Shown here in pieces: positions 1 to 11,448 of a stretch of DNA of 64,000 nucleotides. The stretch is from assembly GCA_964234715.1 (NCBI GenBank), contig OZ174276.1; one strand, written 5' to 3'. Every line of letters starts with the position of its first letter. Within the stretch, counting starts at the first letter, position 1. The notes beneath the pieces are model-generated. The model did no database searches. It was not told the DNA's origin and saw nothing but the letters and a program-made list of their open reading frames with translations. A program made the position numbers and the translations under genes. This stretch comes from Podarcis melisellensis (taxonomy: Eukaryota).

Positions 1-346
1 CTTTTTGGCTGTTTCTCCTCCCCGTAAGCAGCTGTTTAAAGAAAAAGAAATCCAAATTTATAAACAGTGAAGCACCCTCATAGGCCAAACATTGAGTTCC
101 TTTCCAGCAGGAGAAAATTTACAAGGAAAACCACTCTTTCTGTCCTTCCCACCCCTAGTAGAAGATGAATATGCAGGTAGCGAGCAGAGGGAATAACTGA
201 GGTTGGGTTTCTGATACTAGATGGCAAGGGACATTGCTCCAAATGTCATTTCCCAATTAAACTGCACTTACACTGTTCCCTTGGAAGATTGTGGGTTCGT
301 TTCCATTGGGCATATTGCCTGATCCTGGCTCTGCACATTTCTACAG

Positions 347-3300
347 AGACAAGTTGAAGCCAATGTTCGCAACAAGATCCTGTACTTGATCCAGGCATGG
401 GCTCATGCCTTCCGCAATGAACCCAAGTACAAGGTGGTGCAGGACACTTACCAGATCATGAAGGTTGAAGGTAAGGATGAGTGACCTGTGCTGTGAAGAA
501 GGGAGGGGGATGGGGGGGAAGACTTAGTATGTTCAGTTGGGGATCTGGAGAAAGCACATTGGTGCATTTGTTTTAAGAAACAGCAATGACCAGCTTCCAT
601 GTAGCATGTCCGTGTTTTAGGTATAAGCCCTAACAGAACACCGTAGCTTCCAGAGCCGAGAAGAATTCTTGTGATCTTTGTCACTTGTGATATTATGGTA
701 TGTTGGACTATGGGTCAGGCGGTTTGTTGGACTTAATTCTGGAAGGCCAGTCTAGGCCAATCGCTCTAGCCTCATCCCCTCAGTCCCTTGTGGGGATGTC
801 ATGTTTTCTTTGGTTGGGACAGGGAACGTGGTGAGCAAGTGAATGGCTTGTGTGCACAGCTTCTCAGGTCTGTCACTTGGTGCCCCCATCCCAAGTACCA
901 GCAGGTGCCAGTGCTTGAAGAGCCCAACAGAGTGACATTGTTGATCTTCCTGCAGGTCACGTTTTCCCAGAATTCAAGGAGAGTGATGCCATGTTTGCAG
1001 CGGAAAGGGTGAGTGTCCCAGTTGGGAAAGGGGCACGCCTCACATATGGAAATGATTTGGACTTTTTTGTGGTAATTATAATCTGTCTTGATAGTTCTGT
1101 TGCTGAGTTTGGGCTGAATCAGTCTCCAGTGAAAATCCAGCTGCCTGGGGGTGGGTGATAGCAAAAATAGAAAGTATCCCATTTGATTTGTACATTGTGG
1201 GCTGTGGGAAGTAAGAGAAGCTAATTGTGTTACTTACTTGCTTATCTCGTTTTTATAATGTTCTTCACAACAGCATCCCAGAGCGGTTCACAAAAGGTAA
1301 AAAAAATGCGCAGAACTAAAGCCAACATTAAAAGCAACAGCAGAAAGTAAATCCTTCTAATAGATTGTTACGGAATCAGATTGCTCATACCCCAGGGGTG
1401 CCCAAACTTTTTTTCAAAGAGGGCCAGATTTGATGAAGTGAACATGCATGAGGGCCACCCAGAATTGTTGAGCTTTTTAAAGGATTTTGCCCCAGGACAT
1501 ATATAGCCACAGGGGCCCAAACTAGGCCCCTGAGACGGACTTTGGACATGCCTGCCTTAGTGCATTTCAAGCAACCTATGTAACTGAAGTAGGAAGGACA
1601 CCTGGTAGATTTCCAGAGGCAGGGAAATGCCACATGGAGGGTGCCACAACTGAGAAGGCCCTCACACGGGTCTCTCTCACACAACCACACCCTACATACT
1701 TCCAGGCTTTGTGGCGGCCTTTTTGTTACCCAATACTTGCTTTGTCTCTGTGCGGCAGGCCCCAGACTGGGTGGACGCGGAGGAGTGTCACCGGTGCAGA
1801 GTCCAGTTTGGGGTGGTGACTCGTAAGGTGAGTGGTGCAGCTCCCTGTCCCAAGCTGGAGCTTCTTTCCTGTGGCAGCTGACATGACACAGAGCCATGTT
1901 ATAATGGCAGCAAGAGGAGGTGGTGGCCGTGAGATTTAAATTCTAGTGGGCTTCTATTCTCAACCTCTCCCTGTGTTCGCAGCACCACTGCCGGGCATGC
2001 GGGCAGATTTTCTGTGGGAAGTGCTCCTCCAAGTATTCCACCATTCCCAAGTTCGGCATAGAGAAGGAAGTGCGAGTGTGTGAGCCCTGCTACGAGCATC
2101 TCAACAAGTAAGTATCGGAGTTCAGCTAATGAAGAGGGTCATTGGCACAGAAAGGTTGGGGAAGAATGAGGGGGTTTTTTGGCAGCCTTTCTTTCTACAT
2201 GTGCATACTCTGGAGGGAGAGAGTTCTTATTCTTCTAACAGTAAACTGCATACAGTCGTACCTTGGTTCTTGAATGCCTTGATACTGGTACGTTTTGGCT
2301 CCCGAATGCCGAAAGCTCGGAAGTAAGTGTTCCGGTTTTGAACGTTTTCCAGAAGCCGAACGTCCAACACAGCTTCTGCTTGAGTGCAGGAAGCACCTGC
2401 AGCCAATAGGAAGCTGTGCCTTGGTTTTCGAACTGTTTCAGGAGTCGAACGGATTAAGTTCGAGAACCAAGGTTCCACTGTAGTCTGGCAAGTTGCAGCT
2501 TAAAGAGAAAGAGCTAATTGGCTTATTGCAGTTCAACAGATGCTACAATAGAGCAGGTGTTGAGCGGTCCTCTCTTCCCCCCAAACCCCTGGCCGACCAC
2601 CAGATTGCAGTTCAGCTGTGGTCATGATCCTGGCTTCTCTGTATACACAGGAAAGCAGAAGGGAAAGGAACTGCAACCACGGAGCTTCCTCCTGAGTACC
2701 TCACCAGCCCTCTTTCCCAGCAGTCCCAGGTGAGCACTTGGCTGTGATGGCAAGGGATGGGTCTCCAGCTTCACCCGTCACCTCTTCACCCAGGTTACAG
2801 TGACTGCTGTTTCTTCTGCCCTCAGCTGCCTCCCAAGCGTGATGAAACTGCCCTGCAGGAGGAGGAGGAGCTGCAGCTGGCCATTGCACTCTCCCAGTCA
2901 GAGGCAGAGGAGAAGGAAAGGATGGTTTGTGTCTTGAGAATTAGGGGGGGATTCCTGTGACATTAATACTCGGAGGTACCCCGCAGGGTTGACTGCCTTG
3001 TAGCGCCCAAAGAGCTTAGGTAGCTCAGTGTTCTGCATAAATTCCCTCTTTCACTGCAACAGCCTAGCCCTCAAATATGGGAAACTTGTGCTGATGTCGT
3101 CTTCCCCCTGCCAAAAGGAGGCATTTTAATTTTGGGGTGCTTTGCCAATTGGGTTTTGTAACTACCAGAAGCGATTCCAGGAAACATAGACGTTATGTCA
3201 TGTTCAGTTAATTAAAATGCTGCACTAACTTTCCCATTTTGTTGTCTAATTAAGAGCAGATAAAGACCATGCTGATTCTGGGTGAATCTTAATTTCATCA

Positions 3301-6300
3301 CTAACTGCACACTTATTTGTGTCATTCTGAGATGCCCAGACGTGGCTGGTAACTGTCAGGAAGCACGCTTCATGCTTGATTCCCGATGAACTTCTGGCTT
3401 GCTGGCCGACGGCAAAAGTGGTTCCTGGCTTGCTGTGCAAGTTCAGGAATCGGTGAAGCATTCCTATATCGTTCTCCCTCTTGCTTTTCCTCTGCAGAGA
3501 CAGAAAAGCACGTATTCCACATACCCCAAGGCTGAGCCGACACCAGTCACCTCATCGGCTCCACCAGTCAACACCCTCTATTCCTCACCTGTGGTAAGTG
3601 CCCACCCGCTTGGGGAGATTTCCCCTATTGCTATTTAGACACTTCTCCCGTGTCATGAACATTCTGTGGTACTTTGGTAAGTCCAGCCAAGTCCATGGGA
3701 GAGGAAGAGAATGTGTGTTGGCTTTTCCTGTCACCTTGCTTCAGCAGCTCCTTCTGCTCACAAATCCCCTCATGCCATGAAGCTTGAAACAGGCAGCGTT
3801 TCAAGCTTGATCTCCTAAGAGAAGGGGAGGCAGTGGGGGAACCCATCTTTGCATGGGTGATTAATCCTGTAATATGTGTCTTATTTCAGAACTCCTCTGC
3901 ACCTCTGGCTGAGGACATTGACCCTGAGGTAAGACCCCCCGTCCCCATAAGCCATTTTGTAGTTTGCTGGTATCACCGACACCCTGGCTAGTGACAACCA
4001 GCTTGCTTCCTGTTTCCCAACATCTCCTTGCAGTTGGCTCGGTACCTGAACCGCAACTACTGGGAGAAGAAGCAGGAGGAGGTGCGCAAGAGCCCCACCC
4101 CTTCAGCCCCGCTATCCATGGGGGAGCCAGCAACCCAGAACACCGAGGTCCAGCCTGCCCCGCTCAGTGTGGTGGAGGTAAGAGCAGCCTTCCCTTTCTG
4201 TGTGTTCTTAGGATGCTCCACAGTAAGGCAGAATTAGGCTCAGCCGCTGGGTTTGTTTGGTTTTTTCCTGAAATGGTTGCCAACTGCTGTTTCTTTCTCC
4301 AATGTGAGCAGCGGGATTAAAGGAGGCCGGGCACGGAGTGCGGCAAGCTTTCTGTGCTGCATTTGAACAGTCTGGAGGTTTAAGGTTTTTACAGGAGATG
4401 CATCGCCTTGCAGGGAAACAGGACAGGGGTAACCCAAGGCAGCTGAAGCCACATTGAAAAATGAACTTGGTTGACTTAGTTGGAATTGCGCCTTCCAGTT
4501 AATGGTCTCCCCATCTCTCTCTGATGGTCTCCCCAGCAGCAATACCAAAACGGTGAGACAGACGAGAGCCACGACCAGTTCCTGAAGGCTCTGCAGAACG
4601 CCGTCACCACCTTCGTCAACCGCATGAAGAGCAACCACCTGCGGGGCCGGAGCATCACCAATGACTCCGCCGTGCTCTCGCTCTTCCAGTCCATCAACAG
4701 CATGCACCCTCAGCTCCTGGAGCTGCTGAACCAGTTGGATGAGCGCCGCCGTAAGTTCCCAGGGCCCCGGCCCTTAATGTGGGCAGAGGCCTGCGGGAGG
4801 AGCTTGTAGCACGGTTGGGATCACCTCTCTCCCCATTAAATCGTAGGCGGTTAATTGACTTCCTTGCGTTGAACCAAAATGGGCATTGGGGCTTCCTTTC
4901 CACTTTTTGGGGTGGGAAGGAAGGGAAGATGGCGTGATGCCTTTGGCCCATGCTGAGGAGTCTGCCCTGCTTTCCTCGAGGTGGGAGCTATACCTCCTGT
5001 GGATCTCACGGGGGTGGGGCTTCTGACAGCGCCTTTTTTCGCCCCTTCCCCCCCGACTAGTGTACTATGAGGGACTTCAAGATAAACTTGCCCAGATCCG
5101 GGATGCGCGGGGAGCCCTGAACGCTCTGCGGGAGGAACACAGGGAGAAGCTGCGCCGCGCTGCCGAGGAGGCCGAGCGCCAGCGCCAGATCCAGCTAGCC
5201 CAGAAGCTTGAGATTATGCGGCAGAAGAAACAGGTGAGGTGGCCGGTGCCAAGTGTGTCCGGTACAAAAGGTACATCTGCCCTCTGCAAAATGGTTTGCA
5301 AGTGGTGCAGCCTAGTAAAGCATGAAGCCCCATGGCTCCTGTGTTGTAACACATCCCATGTGCTTCTCCAACTTGTAGGAATACCTGGAGATGCAACGGC
5401 AGTTGGCGATCCAGCGCCTTCAGGAGCAAGAGAAGGAGCGCCAGCTGCGGCTGGAGCAGCAGAAGCAAACGATCCAAATGCGGGCCCAGATGCCTGCTTT
5501 CTCCTTGCCGTATGCTCAGGTATGACGGGTGGAGAGGCCGAGAATCCCTCCTCCTCTTCCCTTCCGTGGCTTCCAAGTCACCGTCCCTCTCTTAATCTGC
5601 TTCCTGTCTCTGTAGCTGCAGGCCATGCCTCCCGCTGGCGGGGTGATCTACCAGCCATCAGGCCCCACAAGCTTCCCAGGCACCTTCAGCCCAGCAGGCT
5701 CTGTGGAGGGCTCACCTATGCACACAGTCTACATGAGCCAGCCTGCCCAGGGCAGCACCGGACCGTACACTGCAATGCCTGTGGCAGGAACAGGTAAGAG
5801 CAATAGGATGGAGGGGGAATGTGTTAGCTGAAAGCACCTGAAACGGGATACCGGGTCTCGGAAGGCTGCCCTTTTCTCATATTTCACCTGTATTTCAGAT
5901 CCCAACATGGTGAGCACCTACATGTACTCAGCAAGCACTAATAATGCCCAGGCAGCTCCGCAAGGGCAGGCTGTGCCCACCACGAATCCTGCCTACTCTT
6001 CCTACCAACCTACACCTACCCAAGGCTACCAGGCAAGTTTGACCCACAGCCCAAATTTCCTCTGCCCCAAATCAGGCGATTAAATCCCAGCAGATTATAT
6101 GTGCTGCTGTGAAAGTGGAGGGGGGAAGAGTTCAAGCCAGTGTGGTGATGTCTTTAGTGTTTGACTAGGACGGAGAAGACCCAAATTCAAATCATTCTAG
6201 TGGTGATGCTTCTGTTATTATTTAGCTGAAGCACCTATTTTAAACCATTTTCGGAAGGGTAGCCAAATTAAGTCTGTTGCAGCAAAAATAACGGAGCCTT

Positions 6301-7400
6301 GTGGCAACATAAGACAAAAAGTAATAATCATTGCATCAGCTTCAATGGGCTACAGTCCAGTTCATCACATTATGTGTGTTGTGGTTCAAGCATTTGGATT
6401 TGGACCCGGGAAGTCCAGGTTCAAGTCTTCTCATAGCCATCAAGCACAGTGCAAGTAGCAAGCTCTCCGTCTTACCTATAGCACCTATGTTAGTGGAGAG
6501 GACTGTACATGCCGCCTTGATCTCCTTGGAAGAAGAGTGGAATATAAATAGTCTTTGCTAGCTTGCAAGTAGCAAAAGTTTCTCCCTGTGTGTTCTTGCC
6601 TGTGTGTTGAGGTTTGTCTAGACTTCTCACCCATTCCTGCCTCCTTTACCTTTCAGAACGCAGCTGCCCCTTCCCAGACCCAGGCGATCCCAGCCATGAC
6701 ACAAGCACCACAGGGTTACATGGGCAATCAGTCGGTCTCCATGGGCTACCAGCCCTACAATATGCAGGTGAGAGACTCCTTGAAACTGTTGCGCTGTGCC
6801 CCTTCTCCAGTGTCCAGTGTAAGGGCAGCCAGCAGACAGGACTGAAGGGGAATTCTTGTATGTGCATAGAGGCAGCAGAGCCACCCCTAAGCTCCAGGCT
6901 GACTCCTGTTATGAATGGAGCCATGTGGATTGGCGGAAAGTCTTATGCCCTCTTCTTTTCCTGCCAGAACCTCATGTCAACCCTCCCTGGCCAGGAACAG
7001 GGCTTGAGTAACCTGCCACCCCAGCAGCCTTACCTGTCAGGACAGCAGCCTATGTATCAGCAGGTGAGTCTTCGACCAGCCACTTTGGGGGCAACTGTTT
7101 TGGCAACTTCTTCATTTGATGTTAGGCTGATGCCCTGATTTGCTTCAGCTCAACATTGTTTGGCTTTTTAGCCTCTGTGCCAATCCATGGGTTGGAGGAC
7201 CGTTATCTACAGTAGCTTTAAATGGGGGGGAGGGTGCCTTTTTAAACATGACTTCCTTACTCGCTTCCCTGTTTGCCTCCTTACAGATGGCACCTCCTGG
7301 AGGACCTCCCCAGCAGCAGCAGCAGCCTCAGCAGGCTCCAGTCCAGGTGCAACAGGCACAAGGCGGCAGCGGAGAGGCTCAGCTGATCTCCTTTGACTAA
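347..7400 (+). CDS. HGS: Hepatocyte growth factor-regulated tyrosine kinase substrate (ESCRT-0 subunit Hrs), 5'-partial; 17 coding exons in window, 662 aa + stop
   Basis: Exon join 347-470, 956-1008, 1759-1827, 1983-2107, 2651-2729, 2826-2924, 3498-3593, 3890-3928, 4034-4177, 4537-4750, 5061-5233, 5379-5519, 5616-5793, 5899-6032, 6657-6767, 6968-7063, 7287-7400 totals 1989 nt with consistent phases. The translation contains the VHS C-terminus (RNKILYLIQAWAHAF), FYVE (WVDAEECHRC..RKHHCRACGQIFC), UIM (QEEEELQLAIALSQSEAE), PSAP motif, coiled coil and the terminal clathrin box LISFD*. Confidence 0.98.
1393..1554. mobile_element. Degenerate hAT-type MITE in an HGS intron
   Basis: Imperfect TIRs caggggtgcccaaact / actttggacatgcctg; no clear TSD. 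Confidence 0.55.
2253..2480. mobile_element. Tc1/mariner-superfamily (Tigger/pogo-like) MITE
   Basis: TIRs cagtcgtaccttggttcttgaa / ttcgagaaccaaggttccactg flanked by TA (2251-2252 and 2481-2482). Confidence 0.85.
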
Positions 7401-8120
7401 TCTCTTGGCTTATGAGGAAAGGGAGGGGTGGGTTTCTAAGACATTGTAACACTACCATCTGTTGGTCACTGCTGTACTCGCTACACCATTGCTATTACCT
7501 TGCGCCATCCCCACCCTGGGGAACGGAGAGCTGAGCCCCCGCTGTCCTAGGTAGTTTCCTGTTGGCTACCTGTACCTCCCCCCTCCATAAGTGAGCCTTC
7601 TGGGAGGAGCGAGAGACACCTGTGCTCAAATAACCTTATACACTGTTCCTTGGCTGTGGAGAGAGAGTAGCCCACTGCCTGATCCTCCTAGCTTTGTGTT
7701 GGCTGGGTAGCAGAGCAGAATTCTCAAGGAGTGCCTCCTATGTGCGCCGTTACAGGTTGGGAGAGCTGCTCTTCTCATTGGAAACTGCATTTAAGCATGC
7801 TCCAAAGCCAGAGTAAATGGGTCCAGCCCACAGCATGATCTGGGCCTACATCCTTCTCCCCACCTCCCCTTTAGTACATTCTATGGTTGCATCTTGCCAA
7901 TCAAGTGGCCTTCACCTCGAACACCACTGCCCCCTCCCCCTCCATGATCTCACAGCCCTCCATGTCTCTTCTCAGTCCCTTTGGAGAACCCACGACATTG
8001 AACACAGCCTGCTCCAGGCCCGCGTTTCTTCTCCCCTTCCTCTTCCCTACTTATGCTCGCTGCTTTTGAAGACTCATCTCTTGTGTTTAGTGCTGGTGTA
8101 GACAGAATGGAACCAGTGAC

Positions 8121-8126
8121 AATAAA
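8121..8126 (+). terminator. HGS polyadenylation signal AATAAA
   Basis: AATAAA about 720 nt after the HGS stop, followed by a T/GT-rich tract (tttgtttcagtctgtg). Confidence 0.75.
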
Positions 8127-8361
8127 GTATTTAAAACTTTGTTTCAGTCTGTGCTTCCTCATAGGCCTTGGGTTAAAAGTTTCTGTCTCTGCAGAACTAG
8201 TTGGTGGGTTGTGACCTCCAGTGTATGCAACTGGGTACAGGAGGCATTTGTCATCCTGGGGCAGCACAGAGAATAGAATTCTTTAAAGCCATTCTGAAAA
8301 CGTTATTCCCCCCCCCCTTCCCCAAAGAAGCTGCAGAAGCATCTCCATTTCTTTTTCTTAA

Positions 8362-8367
8362 TTTAAT
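8362..8367 (-). terminator. Probable polyadenylation signal (ATTAAA) of the METTL26-like gene
   Basis: tttaat on the + strand reads ATTAAA on the - strand, about 60 nt after the TGA at 8426-8428. Confidence 0.5.
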
Positions 8368-8425
8368 TTCCACACCCATCCATATAAATAGGGCAGTCCT
8401 CCTTTGACTTTTCCGTAGCCAGAGA

Positions 8426-11400
8426 TCATAACTCCCTCCGCCGAAAGATCAAACATTTGGTGTATTCAGGCATCTCCAGCTGAGGAAGAAAAATAGGCGC
8501 CGAGTCATTGCATGAGGGAGGATGAGCAAAATGGAAGCCTATGGGAGGAACTGCAGAGCTGGTGGGATCCCCCTCCCCAGGAAACAAAGAGTGGGAAGTG
8601 GTGCTTGTGGTTTCTGCAGTTCTATTTCATTGCCCCCTACAATATTGTAGGCTGACCTCAGCCTCTTACCATGCGCTCGAGCCGCAGTGCATTAGTGTTT
8701 GCCAGTTGACGAAGCTCCTCCACATCCCTCAGTCCCCACTCAGGATTTCTGCCATTTTAAAAGTATAATGTGTTAAAATAGAACATGGCCTCATCACAAC
8801 AAAATCTTTAGAGCCTTTCCCAAGGAGGGAAAAACAGTAGGCTAAAGGCTAAACACAGTCTTTGCCTGTAGCTCATCTTCATCACCTAACACAATCTTGC
8901 CCTGTTGTCCATCTTCCATGCTATTACACAACAAGTAAATAGTGAGGAAATAAATCAATGGGAGCTTTCCAAGTAGCCTTCCCCCACCCCGCCTTGACCT
9001 CACTAGGCCTTTGGTGGTCACCACAAAGAAGACAAGAGATGTCCTTCAGCTCTAACATACCTGGCCTGGAGCATGTTATCCAGTTGCACATTGCACTCTG
9101 GAAGGATGATCCCATTAACGGCGAAGGGCTGTGGAGTGGAAGCAGAGTGGGAATTAACTCCGGGCCAGCATTCTATGGGGCTCTTAGGCCAAAGGTCTAG
9201 AATGAAGGCAACAAGCCTAACATCAGTGATCCTTGAGCAAGCCCCATTGAATTCAGTAGGATTTACTTCTGAGGAGGCATTGTGCTGTAAGACTCATGAG
9301 CACGGTCACGGAAGAGCAAGAAGTCTTGTGGCAGAACTGGATCAAAATATGAGCTGCTTTCCAACCTTAAGGTTCTCCTTTTCCATCAAGTTGGTGGTGG
9401 TGGATACTGCTTAGAGCTGGGCTTAGGTGCACAAAACTCTTACGCATCCGAGCAAAGCAATAAGCAGAAGCACTCGGCCTTCCTATTGGCTGATGTGGAG
9501 GGAGAGTGATCAATTCAAAGGCTCTCAACAACGAGCTGGTGGTCAGGCACTTTGAGAGCTGCACAAATCAAGACTTCTAGCAAGCCCCACCCATACCTAG
9601 ATGTAATGAAATAAGACCTTGCAGGTCAGATGGGGAATCCTGGCAAGCCCGGACTTTGCCTGTGATTGCCTTCCCACTGAGCTTAAGCTGTAATGGATGG
9701 TTTTCCTATACTCACCCCATAGGCCAAGCAAATGCCTCCAGGTTTCAGCAGTTGCCCTATGCCTTTAAACATTCCCTGTAACACAAAAGGTTATCTGTTG
9801 AATAAGTTCCTTTGCAGAGGTCAGTTTCCATAATATTGACCTAAGTGCTTTGTCATACCTCCAGGCCTTGATCAGTCATATGCAGCAGGTTAATAATAAT
9901 GATGAAGTCACAACAGCCTTGACTCAAGCCAGCCCACTGGTCCCATGGCTGTGTTACATCTATGGCAAGGGGTTCTCGGACATTGGTCACCTTGGTGGCT
10001 TGGATGTACGCAGAGATGCTGTGGGAAAAGATGGAAGATTATTATTTTTGTGTGTAAAGCCATAATAAAAAAAGGGGATAACTACTTTCTCCAGTTTCCT
10101 TCCCTCTGGCCCCACAAAAAAGCAGCACTGGGTTTGAAGTACAGTCAGGCAATATAGTGGGATGCTGAACCAGAGAAAGGCTAGACAAGGGTATGATATA
10201 TGCCTCCAACATTGATTCTCCAAGTTAAAGGGGTGGACACATTTTGATTTTTCCAAGTGACAGCGCTAAGATTTCAGATGTGACTGCTCTATGAATTATG
10301 GTCAGTGTAAATGACACAGGCACTCAATCCCATGTGTATGTGACGCTAGCAACAAGCAATACAGCACACTGACACAATCTCCCATGCCATTTTGTGCCCT
10401 TCAGTTTCTGTCCTCATCCCTCCCAACACCTCTTGGTGAGCAATGACTATTACAAATGTTATTGCTATTTGAAAAGGAATACCCCACACAACACCCTCTT
10501 TACTCCACCTGTTGACTTAAGCTGTTTGCGCCAGATGATTTTTGCACAGGCCAAGATGCCATCTACGAAATGCGGTTACAATTTTATCCTCACCCTTGTG
10601 CATGTTTTGCAAATTGTAAATTTCAGGAATAGCTAACAATAAAATAAAATGTAATGAAGGAACGTCTGGAAAAGCCCTTGGACGCTCGTCAACCGTTTGT
10701 TCATGTTTATCATACAACAACTCTAAAAAAATAATCCTCATTTCTCATACTGTAATCTAGTGCACATTAACCATGATAATTTTAATCTACCCACAATCCA
10801 CAGACCCAGGGGCTAAGCAGTCAAAGCGACACCAGGTATTAAAACCAAGTTTTTAAAAAATGCATCTACCTTGGCATATACTGTTTTATTGCCAGATTAT
10901 TCTATAGTCTAAAACAGGTTGCCACCAAGAAGTTCTCATTATTCCGTTCAAATGTACACATGCCGTTACTGCTTCAGCAGCAAGCCTTTCTTGCTTACCA
11001 AGAATATATGCACAGCTAGGATCTGTCCAATGCAGAACAGTCTAGCTATTTCTTGGAAAGGCATTTTCAGTCTACTGAACACAAGCTGCCATATGGTTTT
11101 TGACAGTCCCTTTTGGCTGACTATAAACAAGGACTAAGAGCCAGTTCTTTTTAGTGCAGATTTTGTGCCAACATTCTGCTGGGGCCAAGGCAAAGCATGG
11201 TCTACACGCCACTACAACACCCATCCCTTGCTGTCATCACAGGCCGCAGTGTACCTCTGTTGAGAAGCTGGGCTGATCTCTGAGGGTTGCCAGATGACCG
11301 TGGGCAAGGCCTGAGCAAAGTGCACCACATGCTGTCCTGTACCAGATCCCAGTTCAAGCCCAAAAGCTGAGCTTGTGTCATCCACATAGTCAGCCAGCAC

Positions 11401-11448
11401 CTCGAGGATGGTTTCCTTGTTTCTCTCAGCCATCGGTGAAACTAGCAT
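8426..11448 (-). CDS. Methyltransferase-like 26 family (DUF938, class I SAM-dependent methyltransferase), divergent METTL26B-like paralogue; 6 coding exons, 204 aa
   Basis: Minus-strand join 11448-11255, 10018-9859, 9775-9716, 9128-9061, 8748-8670, 8479-8426 (194+160+60+68+79+54 = 615 nt), all introns GT-AG, open throughout. Protein: MLVSPMAERNKETILEVLADYVDDTSSAFGLELGSGTGQHVVHFAQALPTVIWQPSEISPASQQSISAYIQATKVTNVREPLAIDVTQPWDQWAGLSQGCCDFIIIINLLHMTDQGLEGMFKGIGQLLKPGGICLAYGPFAVNGIILPECNVQLDNMLQARNPEWGLRDVEELRQLANTNALRLERMLEMPEYTKCLIFRRREL*. Family motifs: AERNK, LELGSGTGQH (SAM motif I), WQPS, YGPF, RNPEWGLRD, KCLIFR. Confidence 0.95.

Noticed and set aside
5060-5797. 245-aa ORF as a single-exon gene
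   Set aside because: It is one HGS exon read through introns into out-of-frame exons; the spliced model explains it.
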